A stretch of 64,000 nt of DNA. It comes from Raillietiella orientalis. Lineage: Eukaryota. Below are positions 1-13,418 of the stretch, one piece after another. The stretch is from assembly GCA_036172245.1 (NCBI GenBank), contig JAYWIR010000035.1, positions 930,001 to 994,000 of the forward strand, read 5' to 3'. Each line of letters begins with the position of its first letter. The first letter of the stretch is position 1. Below the pieces are notes generated by a model. It saw only the letters and a list, made by a program, of their open reading frames with translations, was not told where the DNA came from and ran no database searches. The position numbers and the translations under genes were made by a program.

Positions 1-900
1 ATATCAAGAAGTTCCTTTGTGGAGCTGCTTTATATTTATTTGAGATATGTAGGTTGTTACTATTGGAAACTGATCCCTACAGAGTAACTGCTTATTGGTT
101 TCAATGCCTACATGAAAAGACTATCCTGAAATGACATGGAGAATAGGATTCTAAGCAAAAGAATAAGAACATCTTGTTATAAGGGACAGATTGTTACAGA
201 ACGGAAGGAGAGACTAAATCTTGAAGAGTACATGTGCTTTCGAGTAGTTGGTCTTTGCTGTAGGGGAAAGGAAATACACAGGACGGTCAAGTCACGTTTT
301 GGATGGCTACTCGTTATTTCTGTGGATCCTCACGTTTTTCGATCATGTGGGATTTATAGTCCGGACATGGTATTGTGTCATGCTGATTTTTTGCATTTCA
401 AATTGGGCATCGCTTCGAGCACCCTGGAGCAGGCCATAATTACGATCTTGACTACAGCACCAGTCCTGCAACAGGAAGCCTTAAAGATCGAAGCAATTTT
501 CAAACTTTTTTTCCACTTCGAATTATTCTATTTTTGGGTATTGTCTCTCACGAAGGCGACTCTAGAAAGTTTTTATTGTCTAGACCTCTGTGGATGGCCT
601 CTTACTTGGAGACGAACCAGAACATCACCGATTATCTGAAACGCAACCTTGATGATGGATCTCTGAAAGTAAGAGTGCAGGTAACGAATGTGTCGTTGCT
701 TCAGTCGAAGATTAAAGAAATAAAAGAATACCAATGCTATTGCAAAAAGTTCATGCACAACACTCGCATATTGATTTTGGTGTTTTGTTTTGCTCCGACA
801 TTCCTAAATCAGGGATGAGACGCATCGGAAATACACATGTACCAGAAACGGGATGACCAAGACAGGATGGAAATAGCGATAGCCAATTGAAATTTGCTAT
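1..900 (+). mobile_element. Possible highly decayed non-LTR retrotransposon (RTE-like) 3' region
   Basis: Fragmentary, frame-broken similarity to RTE ORF2 C-terminal motifs: CLDLCGWPLTWRRTRT near 575-630 resembles CLRRIxGxxWxDRxxN, and TG*PRQDG near 850-870 resembles RGRPRxRW. No intact ORF; boundaries approximate. Confidence 0.25.
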
Positions 901-1247
901 CTTTTCATAAAAAGATGACTCTGTGGAGAAGGTGGGAGAAGTTCCCTGGTATGAATGAAAACGTAAGCACCGTATGGAACAAAATCATCATCCGTGTCCA
1001 AGTCCTTTTTCCCGATAGTAGTAGCACGAGTTCTTCTAGGAAAACAATTTTGCTTTTTTTCCTTTTGAAGGGGGGAGGGGGAGGGGATCGTAGATGATCT
1101 AACCGGGAAGAACCAACGGGATTGAACGAAAAGCAAAGCTGACCACAAGAAAGCAAGCAGAAGCATGCCTTGGATGCTGAACGATGATGGATGAAGAGTA
1201 AGCCAGCTGAAAAAATGCTGAAAGGATTAGGATGTAATGGGAATGAA

Positions 1248-1284
1248 AACCATTCGAACCGTGACGAGTCCGGTTCGAATGGTT
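1248..1284. repeat. Perfect 14-bp inverted repeat (hairpin) with 9-nt loop
   Basis: AACCATTCGAACCG (1248-1261), loop TGACGAGTC, then CGGTTCGAATGGTT (1271-1284), the exact reverse complement. Confidence 0.9.
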
Positions 1285-1800
1285 CAAGTAAGAACAAGTA
1301 AGAACTGTGTTTCTGTTGCAGTAGCATAGAATTCTTCTTCTGGGTGTGCAGATAGTGAACTTGTCACTTAGACATTTCAGACATGTCTTTAAGATCCCAG
1401 GTTTGCTTTTTCACTCGCATCTCTGCTGAGCAAGATCGTACTCTTTCTTTCTTTCCGCTAAGCAAGATCTTCCCGTTAGATGCAATGCGTTTCAAAGCAA
1501 AGATATCAGTCAGTAATGACTATGCAAGGAAAAGTAGTCCCCTTGTAATGTGCATTTTAAAGATTTTCGTGCATTTTCACGTTCTCTCAATAGGAGGCAA
1601 GTAAAAAGCTGTTTCATTATCATCAGCGTTCTTGTAATCGGCGCGACTTCCGGCGTTTAAAGCAATACGTAAAGCGCCTATCTATCTCCTTTGCTCTTCT
1701 TTGGTTTTTGTTTTTCAGCGCTTTCAGGGAAATCGGAATTTCAGGGAATTGATCAGCGCTTTTCAGGGAAAGCACTGGTCAATTCAATCATTTGCAGTTA

Positions 1801-2498
1801 CGAGGAGCATTTCCAAAGTAAAGGCCGATCGGATATAAAGAAAGAACCAATAAGTGAAACAAAAATGCATAAGTGGTCCGGAACACACACATCCCCATGT
1901 CATTTTTCTACGTGATTCACATTTCTGCCCCACCCTCCTCCCCCCAACACTTTGAATACCGTGGAACAATGTTTTTGAAACCCTCTGCACAAAAGTCCCA
2001 GGCGGCGGCCTGGGAGTTCAGCCAGTTCAGCACTGCAGTTTTCCACTCCTTACTTTCCCTCTCGAATCGTTGAGATGCAAGTCACTTCTTCAGGTGCAGT
2101 AAGGAAGACGGGGAGCCACTGGGCGCGAGGTCAGGACTGTACGAAGGGGAGGGTGATGGAAAGGTTCCCATTTGAATTTCTGAATTGTCTGGAATGTGCG
2201 GACAGCATGTGTTGCCAAGCGTTGTCGTGAAGGAGAACAATCCCTGATCTCAGATCCTGATCCCGATCCACTTCGTCGGTTCTGCTGAATGGCAGTTTTG
2301 AAAGTGTTCCACAGTGGACTTGAGAAGTGGTGCTTGTTCTAGGCTCCATAAACTCCACCAAAAGCACATCCTTTTGGCCCCACACACTGCTGCCCGCACA
2401 TTCCAGACAATTCGGAAATTGTCGAACGACGAATACATTTTTGTTTTTCTTATTGGTTCTTTGTTTCCGATCGGCCTTTACTTTTGAAATGTGCTTCG
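1801..2498 (-). mobile_element. Internally deleted mariner (Tc1/mariner) element, MITE-like, with TA target-site duplication
   Basis: The minus strand encodes a broken transposase C-terminal half: WGQKDVLLVEFM...GIVLLHDNA...FKWEPFHHPP-YSPDLAPS...LHLKK*L...GFKNIVPRYSKC...HVEK*. TA at 1799-1800 and 2499-2500 flanks ~65-70 bp imperfect inverted repeats (CGAGGAGCATTTCCAAAGTAAAGGCCGATCGG... and ...CCGATCGGCCTTTACTTTTGAAATGTGCTTCG). Confidence 0.88.
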
Positions 2499-2888
2499 TA
2501 CATCACTTCACGCACTATCACATCACGCTGAGATGCAGGAGAAAAAAAACAAAAAACAATCTGAAAACTCATATATATGCAGAGGAGGGCATGTCAGTGA
2601 ATTATGAAAGAGGCAAAGGATTCGTTCTGGCATTCTTCAGAGTTTGTCGACTACGGGAGATGCTTACCGAGACAAGAGAACTCCTTTGCAGATTTATTAC
2701 TAGTATTAAAGAGCATTTATTCATAGCAACTTCAGCTTTAGTGATAATTTTTAAAGCTGTTCCAGCAAAGCAGTTTCTAATGAAGCACTGCATCCCTGCC
2801 TTGTTGGTAGAATGGTCAGATTTGAAACCCTTTCAGTGTAAATGTGATACGAAAATGTTTCTGTGAAAATGTAATCACCTGATAGCAG

Positions 2889-2920
2889 ATCGCTTCTCGG
2901 CCTTTTGGCTAAGATCAAAG
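2889..2920 (+). pseudogene. U2: U2 snRNA 5' fragment (first 32 nt), 3'-truncated pseudogene
   Basis: ATCGCTTCTCGGCCTTTTGGCTAAGATCAAAG matches the metazoan U2 5' end from nucleotide 1. The sequence diverges (CGTTCAATAG) just before the branch-point recognition sequence TGTAGTA. Confidence 0.9.
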
Positions 2921-3365
2921 CGTTCAATAGAAAAATGTGTGCGTGAGTGCATGGCTGATGCTCCTAAGCGGTGAAGTTTTCGTCTTAGCTACTCTGCGGC
3001 AACAGTGTGCTTCAAGCAAAGCACTTTCTAGAGTTGCCTTATAGCTGTAAATCGTTAAGTACCAGCACCATCTTTCCTTAGAAGTTTTCCATCCTGCCTA
3101 GCTATTCACCAGAATCTTCCGAATGGCTTCCAGTTTCTAGCACGAACTTAAGAAAGAGTGCCGATTTAGGGCATTAGGTTAGTGACCCCGTCTCGACTCA
3201 TGCTGCAGGCTAGCTTCCAGTGCCCTCGGAACACAGCGTTACTGAGAAACTTTGAGCACGTGCAAAGCAGGTAACAACTACAAAACAAAAACCACCACGG
3301 TACATCACTGTACGATCGACAAATGATCCAAACATACACCAAAAGTACCAAAAGTAGTCCAGAAG

Positions 3366-3501
3366 AAACGAAAATCAGGATCGAGGGGAATGGGTTGTGC
3401 AAACTTAATCATCGGATCCTAAAGATATAATTTAAACGAAAATCAGGATCGAGGGGAATGGGTTGTGCAAACTTAATCATCGGATCCTAAAGATATAATT
3501 T
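3366..3501. repeat. Perfect 68-bp tandem duplication (2 copies)
   Basis: AAACGAAAATCAGGATCGAGGGGAATGGGTTGTGCAAACTTAATCATCGGATCCTAAAGATATAATTT occurs at 3366-3433 and again at 3434-3501. Confidence 0.95.
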
Positions 3502-4249
3502 TAAATGTTTTACAGAGTGTCAAGTGTCCTTCAAAAAGATTTAACTCAATCTAGCCACATGATACATGATTTTCTAATTCAGTATACTTAAACTTAACAT
3601 CATTTTTACATCTACAAATTAAATACTATAAATAATTTTCTCTTTGCCATTTTACGTACGTAATTTAATTTATTGACATTTGAGAATCAAATTTTACCAT
3701 TAGTTTCTAAACAATTTTACCATTAGTTTCTGAGTTTACTGTTGATGGTTCAGCAGAAACAACATTCATTTTGAAAAATTGATCCAATCATTCTGACTTA
3801 AGCTTATCACTATGTTTAGTAATGCACCCAAGCTAAAGAGTTTCTTCGATAAAGACGTCATGTTCACCACTGTAATTATCAAAGATAAGCCAACTTCAAG
3901 CCTTGCCACGCTTGGCTCCTTTCTCATGGCTCGCTCTCTGGATCTCCCATTACACTCACCCTCAACTCCTTCTTCCTACCCCTAACCTTCTTTGGATCAC
4001 TAGTCTCAGTACAGTTTTATTCGACTACCAATAACCACCCTAAATATTGCATTCCTTTCTTGTTCATTTACCGAAAAGATTTAAAAGCAAACAAACAAGC
4101 TCTGTGAAAGCTCCATGAAAAAGCTCCCCATAGATATTTTGAATCGTCATTGAATGAATTGTCAGAACATTCTCATTTTTTTCATCGCTGACTTCTTCCG
4201 CATCTCAGAACGCTCCTTTTACATTTCTCATTCAGGTCATGTCCATTTA

Positions 4250-5900
4250 CCTATTATTTATTTGCCTTGCCATTTACCTATTTATATCTTTTCCGATCAT
4301 GGTGAGGTCACTTTTGAGCATTGGGAGTTCCGCAAGGGATATGAAACTTATTTGCACGATGAGGTTCCAAGAAAGCATCACTTCTTGGATGCATAACATC
4401 ACAGAGCTAAATGAGAAGTTTACAGCGGTTTCTCCTCTGTCAAATCTCTTCTCGTTCGTTTTGGCACTACATCTACTAATCCACAGTCTCTGCATCTTCT
4501 TGCAAATCACGAAATAATAAAAACACGCCACAGTTTCACAGATACAAAAAATGCCGTCTAGACGATCACTTCCCTCTGATTGCCAGCACATACCTATTTG
4601 CATTCCTATCCTCAATTGCTATGTGGACTTCAAGGTGTTGCTGCTCAGGGAAATGATTCCCCATGTGGACGTCACGTTTCAGCAGCTCACTGCAACCTTC
4701 ACTGCATTCCTAAATAACAGGAGTGATTTTGCTCCGTTTTAAGATAGGGCATTTCAAACTGGGCTGCACTCAGTTACAACAGACGCAGACAAACTTTGGG
4801 AAGGTTTTGTCAATGTGTCTTAGGGAAAAGCTCTTCGGAAGAAGAGGATAAAATATAAAATTCCTCGAAATTTCAGGAAAAGACGCCAGAATGTATCGAA
4901 GGAACAAGAGCTTCTGGAGATCTCACGAAAAAGCTTCACAGAAACGGACAACCACGACAGGAATTACAAATGAAAATTGGCTAAGGACGAGTACAATGGA
5001 CAGCTTCATCCGTATTGTGTATACCTCTAGGATTGGAAACGGCCCCTTTGAGGAAAGAAAATCCTCCTGCGACACCCCCGCTGAAAATTTCGAGGTCATA
5101 TAATGGTTCTTGACAGAAATACTAGCAGAAACCTCATAAATCCATCAAAGAGCACATGATTCATCAGAGTATAACTAAAGCATATTTAGAAATCCGTTCC
5201 AAAGTACCTGATTAGCATATAATATCGAAAAAAAGCAAACGTAAATTTTCATATGTAGAACATGTGGAAATTTACGATAGCATTAGGTGACACTGGTATG
5301 CAACCAAGGACTTGTCTCTTGGAACTTCTGGTTGGATAAACATGGAACTATTTAGAAAGCAGGAAGGAAAATTCACTGAATCAGAGAATCAGTTCAGTGC
5401 AACTGGGAGTTCTATTTCCAAGAATTTTTTGTTCTCTCGGGAAATTCTTACTTTTAAGCCTTCTTTAATATTTCTTCAAATGAAACAGAAACCTTTGAAT
5501 CTGCATTGTGATTAATTACATGAAGGACATTACTATGATCGAGAAAGCAATGTCAAACATTATGGACGTTAGGCATTTCAATAAGAATATTGAGGAATAG
5601 GACGAAAGATCTACATTTTTAGTGAATGACGAAAAAATTACCTCTATAAGGGTCATTCGAAAGTTGTGTATAAACATTGCAAAAATGGTGAATTCAAAGA
5701 TTATGAATCCAGAGAAGTTTTAAAATATAATCTGTGAAGTCAAAAAGAAATTGAGGATTAAATAGAGTTGAAATTTTGCATTATTATGATGGAGATTATT
5801 AGTTGTGAATGCCTAAGTGCCTTCGAAATCGGAGATTTTCGTGGAATAAGGAAAGGAAATCAGAGTCCATAGTATCATTAAGAAAGTTCCAAAACAAAGA
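4250..5900 (+). mobile_element. Possible decayed APE-type LINE fragments
   Basis: An FSDH motif (APE endonuclease C-terminus-like) near 4290 is followed by RFQESITSW...ELNEKFT and DKLWEGFV segments resembling the post-endonuclease linker. Heavily frameshifted. Confidence 0.22.
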
Positions 5901-7909
5901 AATGTTTTATCATAACATGGACCATACCACTATTATTTTTTATCTCTTCCAATGTGAGTGATGGGCGAGGTGAATTAACTATCTAATCATGATTCGTTCG
6001 ATGGTAGAAACTCTGCGTGTTTTTCAACTGGTAACACTAAGCATTCAGCCAAATAGCTTGACAATCAATCTTAATTTTAAAAAACCTTATCCGAATGTAA
6101 AGATGCAAATTATTTACTTCCCTTCTTTCTTCTCCTCCAAATCTAAAGGACTCAAGAGTAAAGTCAATCATGAGACTTGTGAAATTCTAGGTTTATGGTG
6201 TCCTAGAATTTCCAGGATGTGTTTGAAACTGTTATAGCGATTATAAACGAAGCTGGATATTTGCTTTTCCTTGACTCGAACATTTGGTTTGCGTCACCTG
6301 AGGTATGAGGTAAAATTTGCATTTTTTTTTTTTTTTGTGGAAATCGAGTCAGTGAGAACGCTTGTTTTGGTCTTGTGAATATCAGAAACGATTCCTTCTT
6401 TTTGAATTTTTTAAACAGGAACTGCCTGATTTGACATGAAGGAAAGCATATTAAGGGAAGTGAATGCCTGATTTTTCTAATTACTGAATTTTCCTATACA
6501 AACTAATGATTTGTTGTGTTCAGTAAAGAAAAGGTGATAGTATGAAAATTATTCAATTCTATGATTCCCATTTCGATTTATCGAAGATCAGTACCCATCT
6601 GACAAAATAAACTGGCTATCATGAATTACAAGGAAATGGAGCACTATGAAGTCTAAGACACGGGAAGATTATTTTGATGAGCTGAGAGCTTGTAATTTTG
6701 AAATCATTAACCTTGCAAGCTCATGAACAATCACACCTTTCAGTTCATTCTGGCCAGTTTGAAAAGAAAAGGTACATATGAGAAGGACACTAAGCCGCTA
6801 AATTAGAAATTTATCATTCATCACCATTAACTGCACGGAAACAATCTCAAAAGAAAGAAGAAATTAGACGGAAATGAAAAACCTTCAACGCTGTAGAAAT
6901 TCTCAATTATGGAGGATGCTGTTTTTAAAGCACGATGAATCTTATAAATTCATAACTCATATTTTATCCGTTACTGCAATTCATCTTAGAGCTTTTTCAT
7001 ACTATTATTGGATGTTTTTCACTAAGCAATTTTAACACTCTTATTTGGTTGCACTAATTAGTTGTTATGAAATTTGGTTCAGTTTACCCACTTAAAATAA
7101 AAAAAAAAATAACGAGAGCTCCAGGGATAGCATTGGAGACTTCGCATAGTAATGCTAACCGAAAAGTACACGCCGCTTATAATATATTCAAAATCAAAGC
7201 CAATTATTCTTAAAGAGAAGCAGACACGATGGATATAAAGATTGGTAGATCAAACCATAATATCAGTATCTTTAAACACCAAAAAAAAAAAAAAAGAACT
7301 CAATAGGAGTGGGGAAAAAGTCGAAAAAATAAATGCATGAAAACGCATAGCAACGGAGGCATAAACCTTGTGGTCAGTGATTTACAGTAAGTTCTCCATG
7401 TACGAGGAAATACTCTAAGCATAAATATGTCCGCATTTTCCTTTCAACGAATATCGACAGATCTATTTGCAGAGACAGAAATGAAAATTGAGAATATTCC
7501 TCTTTCCTAAAATAGTTCAAATTTGTTTTACATCAGGAATCACATTAACTGGTCCAAAATATGATCATAAAATAAAACGACGTAATGACAGGGTTTAGTT
7601 CTCATACACTTTTCTTGTATGGATTTTTTAACTGGAAGTTAACACGAAAGCGTGTGCCTCAATTTTCTGTTTGATGTTGAAGCATCCATTTTTAAAAAAA
7701 AAATCACATCACAACAATAAAACACTGAATGATCTATTCATTTCTTCACGAAACTATGGTTTAATGTACCTATTTTTTAAATTCGCCTACTAAAATCTTT
7801 GCCATTCAATTGTTCGAATAGGTAAATTCAAAAAGCACATAGACGTAACTGCAGATTTTCGGAAAGTTGATAACCGTTCTTTATAATTGTGGTAAGCGTA
7901 AAAAACATT

Positions 7910-10900
7910 ATGGCTGCAAGTCGAAGATTGCATAAGGTAGCTCACTTATAATTATTTGTTTTTATCATCATAGATAATTTATGTATTCATCAATGAACAG
8001 ATAAGAATGTAGCATATTATTTTAGGAGCTGCAGGATATAAGAAAAGCAAATCTGAAATCCTTCCGTGACATACAAGTCGACGAAAAAAATTTACTTAGC
8101 TGGCAAGGACTCATTGTTCCAGTAATTCTTTATATATACAATAATTATCTTTAATTATCAAAGAATTCTAGTATTCAGCACTCGATGATTAAAAGTTATA
8201 TTTCAATGTTTAGGATAATCCTCCATACAACAAAGGAGCATTCAGAATTGAAATAACGTTTCCAGCAGAGTATCCTTTCAAACCACCCAAAATCAATTTC
8301 CGAACCAAAATCTATCATCCTAATATTGATGAAAAAGGTCAAGTTTGCCTACCAATTATTACTCCAGAAAACTGGAAGCCAGCAACCAAAACTGATCAAG
8401 GTTTTGTTTTCTTACAATATTGCCCAAATTGTAGGCTATCAAAAGTTTTAGACAGAACTGATTTGATTGTTTGTAATTTAACCTTACTTCTATTTCGAAG
8501 GGTCTAACTCCAAATTCTTGTGTGGTTTCAATATGATTTATGTAAAAGTTTTAAAGATAGTGTAACATAAAATAACTTTATACATATAAGTAAGGGATTT
8601 AAACAATTAAATTCCAGATTCCATCAAACATCTTCTCGGTCATTTCAAAGTGAAAAATTAAATAAAAGCAGGAGAAAAATTCGGATAAAATTGTTTTGAG
8701 GAAACCAGAAATGTTAAATACTTTTGATTCATGTCATACATCATAAAAATGTATGTTTTTTCTCTCTCAGCATTATGTTGAATCGTATAAAGAAACCAAG
8801 TAAAAATTGGCAGATAGGTTTCTCATGTAAGAGTGTAGTTTTGTTGTTCTGTTGGTTGCCATGTGTATTTGCTGAATATTTTGAAATATGCAATTTGACT
8901 ACCAAATATCGTGTATCCATATATTCCTCAGATGTGTACTGGGTCATCATTTGTGGGTTTGGTTATTATAGTATTGTACAACATGTTTTTTAAAGAATTG
9001 AAGAAAGATGTGATTTTTGGAAATCCATATCATGATCCATAATTGATGTCTTATATACTTTCAATTACAATATTATTTGGAAAGTTTGAATAATGTGATG
9101 TTTTGAAAATTACCGTATGTAACTTTTTATTACTTGAACTACAAATTCTCTAAGTATTTCAGCAAAATTTGTGCTTTGTGGATGTTATACAATTTTTTTG
9201 ATATTGTAACATCCTTGGTATTCCAGTATTAATTTTTTTGTCTTTTTAAACTATGCTTTCTGTAAGGAAGTATCGACCATGAGAAAAATTGCTTTAAAGT
9301 TTTTGATGCATTGGAAAGTTCTAAATAAGGAATGGAATATGTTGAAAAATGCATGTTAATTAAATTAATATTTGAGTTGTTCAGCTTTTTTTAATTGTAA
9401 GTTGTTTGCCTTATGTTAGCTGATGTTTATTCATATTATTGCTCAACAAAAGAAATTTGATAAGGGAAGCGGAGATCAAAGGCATAGTTTTGTTTTAAGT
9501 ATATCTAATAATAAATAAGTTTAGCAAGAATTTGGGTTGGAAGACTAAATTAGGAGATATTTCTTTTACAGGTCAATTATTTAGTCATTTATTACTTGAT
9601 TCTTGTTAATGAATTCAAAAATTTAATGATTACCTATGTTCAGCAGGATCATAGGCTGTTGCCTTGTTTGCAAGGTTGTTATGGCTGTTGAATGCATTCA
9701 GGAAATAATAAAAAGTAATTTTTTGAGCTTCTAAAGAGTAATTGAAGCTTGAAATTACTTAATGTATTCAGTGTATTCAGAAGTTCATGTATGATTTTTT
9801 ATGTATCCTATTGGATGTAATATCAGGCTTTAGGTTTTTGAGGTTGTAGAAACTTGATGCCCATCATTGTTTTTGTGCAGTATTAAATTTTTGTTTCTTA
9901 AATCATTTCTGTTTTCTCCATGTGTATGCAGCACTTATTGAAATGATTTGTTCTTCCAGTAATTTATCTTCAGAAGCCCAACAGTTTTTGGTTCATGTAA
10001 TTTTATGTAGCACTTATTCACAATTATGACTACAAAGTTCTGTTTATGCATTCAAAAAGTGGATGCATTTCATCACAGCTCTTTTAACTACTTGAATTGG
10101 CACAAATTTAGAATGAATATTGAGATGTTAAATACTCCTCTACAAAATCATGGCAGTTTTATCACTGAAACTGCTGCAGATACTTCTGTAATCATTAAAC
10201 ACAAGTTTCATTCATGTTTAGACAATACACATGTAAAGAGAGTTAAATGACCTGTAGCATACATGAGATGTATTGCATGAGTTTTATGAAGACATTGCCT
10301 TATTTGCTATCACTTGATATGCATTGTTAAGTGGACATTACATATTGGGGTAATCAAAAGTTGCCATTATTTATAAATTTGCAAACTTAATATTTTTATT
10401 AATAGTCCTCTGTGTTTCCTAGCACATACTTACCAAAAACGTCATCCAGCATTTTTCTAGAATTTTAGCTGGAATTAATTAATTTTTTTTTTTTTTTAGC
10501 ATAGTTTTTCGTACCTTAATTTATCAGGATGTAAATTTCCATGCATAATACATGGGAGCTATTTATCAAAACAAAATATGAACTGTAAAAGAATTTATTT
10601 CATCATCGAATTTGATGAACAATTGACAGGAACCAATATGAGTAGATAAAATCATCGATATGTTTCATTTTTTACTTAATTACTGTTTTGTTACTGTTTT
10701 GTTTTAACTTGTGTACAATCTCGTTATTGCTTTGGGAATTTCTAAAGATTAGACGAATTTCTCGTTTGAAAGCTGTCTTTTTTCTTTGAATTGAACACTT
10801 GTTAAAGCAATAACGTTAAGCACACATTGTTTATCTAAAAGATGCCAATTAATTGTTTAGTTAGTTTAATAGAAAAAAAAATCTTAATCAGGGTTAGAGC

Positions 10901-13060
10901 ATGGATTCATAGAAAATGTGAAAGTATTGATGTAATTCTATTTTTCTTATGTAATAGTGAATCAAAATACTTAACATTTGTATTACATTTCAGTTTTTGT
11001 CAAACATCGACTTAACATAGTCAACATTATTTAATGGAAAATTTTTGTTAACAAGAAATTGTGACATAACTCAGTTACAAAGTTTTTGTTTGAAATGTCA
11101 TCTGTAGTTGGCATTTGTTGCTTTTTTTTTTTTTTTTATACTAGTCTTTTATTGCACTGAATTATTCCACCTTATATAACCTAGAACGAGGTTGCCTTCT
11201 CGAATTTGGAATGTGGACGTTTTTTTGACGTTTTTTTTTTTTTAAAAAAAAAAAAGAGAGAAGAGAGGGGGAAAAAAGAGAGGCTTATTTGCTTTTCCAT
11301 TTGCTATTTGCTTTCGAAAAGAACAATGAATGCTCTTGGAAGTCCACTTTCAAAAAAGTAATATTACACAAAGAGGATGTTGAGTTTCATCAAACATATT
11401 GTAATTTCACAATGTTTGCATGAAATCAAAAAATATTTGGCTTGCCACAGTATGCATTGAGCAAATATTTTAAGAAAAGAATCCTTCGATTTCAGAATGA
11501 ATGAACAGGAAATTATGAAATTTCCCCCATGTAAAATGTTGATAGTACTATTCTCAATGAAAACAATCATAATTTGTGGTAGAAACAGTATGTTAACTGA
11601 TATGTTGATTGATTATCTGCTCATCTACTTATTTTTAATTTTGAAGCAGGAACTTTATGCATTTCATTCTTATGCAGCATCTGAGAAATTGTTACCATTT
11701 AATGATTTTGCTTACATTTTCTAATCATTAGTGTACCAGTGCATTCTGATATGAAATGAGGTCTAGCTTTTGGAAAATTTCAGGCACTAAGAGTAGAATT
11801 TATTTTTGAGCAACATAGCTAACTTCCAAAAATTGCTTCATATTGTTATTGGTAGCTTACTATCATTACTATCACATTTTTGTTTTCATCTGCATAGAAT
11901 ATTTAACAAAGATTTTTTGGGGTTCCATGAAATTTAATGCCTATGTTTTTCTGCAGATGTAAAGCTGCTAAATGTTACAGTGTGCTCAGTCAAATACACC
12001 AAGCCATTGAGTATGCTCTCTCAGTGCACTCAGTTTAAGATACAAGCTGGTGTGTAAGTTTGATTAGGATTTGCAAAAAAAAAACTGACAGAAGCATGTG
12101 TAATATAGTAATGGCGATAAAATTTAAATTTTTACCTAGTTTTTGTGTCTTTAATTTACTATGTGTTAAGTACAGTTGAGATTTTTCTGTGGTATGTCAG
12201 GCATTATGATATGCAACAATATAGATGTTTTCTTTCACATCCTTAGTAATATGTATTTGATTCCATGATTTTGATCTGTGTGTTGAAGCAAACTGCATTC
12301 TCATAAATGCAATCATGATCAGAAAATGTAATGATATGCTATGTTCCAGCTTAATTATTTTAATAAATAAATGTATTATAGAAGTCATAGTTAACTTTCG
12401 TATTTATTTCTATATTGAGCTATCAAGTGATTCATTTGGCTATTATTTGAGAAACTTTCATTCAGGATTTTGAAAGCATGCGAGCTAAAATTAGAGTTCA
12501 TAAAGTCAACTTTTGCTTCCTAATTATTAAGATGGAATTTATGGTTATCAGCTTTGTTAGAAATTGAGAAATCTTAGTTTTTTTATAATAATGAGCTTTT
12601 TATCTGCATTAACATAGTAAGCTTCTTAACATTGAGTAAATATGCTATAAGACTGATCCATGTCGATCATGTTTAATCGGTGCAGATTTTGTAATTCTTT
12701 TAAAATTCAGTAGCGTTCAGTAGCATTTTTCCCACTGTACCGTATTATATGCATAAATAAATTAGTGTAATGATTTCTAAACAAAACGAGCCGTAAAGCA
12801 TTTTATTTCAAGGTAAACCATTTCACAATTTTATATAAACCTAAAAGTTTTTAGTCTTATGATTTCATTAGTCATAGTATTCACACTGCTTATTTCTCTT
12901 TTTAGTTATTCAAGCATTAGTGGCATTAGTGAATGATCCTGAACCTGAGCATCCTTTAAGAGCAGATCTTGCTGAAGATTACAGTAAAGACCGGAAAAAA
13001 TTCTTGAAAAATGCTGAGGAGTTTACTAAGAAAAATAGTGAAAAAAGACCTCCAGATTAA
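7910..13060 (+). CDS. UBE2L3: Ubiquitin-conjugating enzyme E2 L3 (UbcH7/UbcD10-like), 154 aa, 4 exons
   Basis: Exons 7910-7936, 8026-8121, 8214-8400, 12906-13060, all GT-AG and in frame. Protein: [16 protein letters not shown]...[56 protein letters not shown]...[35 protein letters not shown]...EKRPPD*. HPN motif and catalytic Cys are present. Confidence 0.97.
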
Positions 13061-13138
13061 AAAAAAAAGGAAAGAAAGAAAAGAAAAAAAAAAAGAAAAT
13101 ACACAATCAGATTCTTAACAATTATTCATGTTGCTATA

Positions 13139-13149
13139 AATAAAATAAA
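13139..13149 (+). terminator. Overlapping AATAAA polyadenylation signals of UBE2L3
   Basis: AATAAA at 13139-13144 and 13144-13149, about 80 nt after the stop codon. Confidence 0.6.
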
Positions 13150-13418
13150 TTTTGAGGTTTAGTTCTCCAATGTTAAAAAAGCATATTTCTAACTTTAGTT
13201 GCAATTAATACATCAGACAGTTTTTGTATATGGATGCATTTGTTAATGGGAACATCATGTGGTAGTTGAAAACTGATTGTAGAATATATTGATTGATTTA
13301 TAATTATAAGATGTTGTTTTTTTTTCTTAGGAGATTTTATTTAGATATATTCAGAAATACATTAAAAAGACGATGTATATGCTTTTAATTTTAAAATCAT
13401 GACAAATTAAAATTTACA

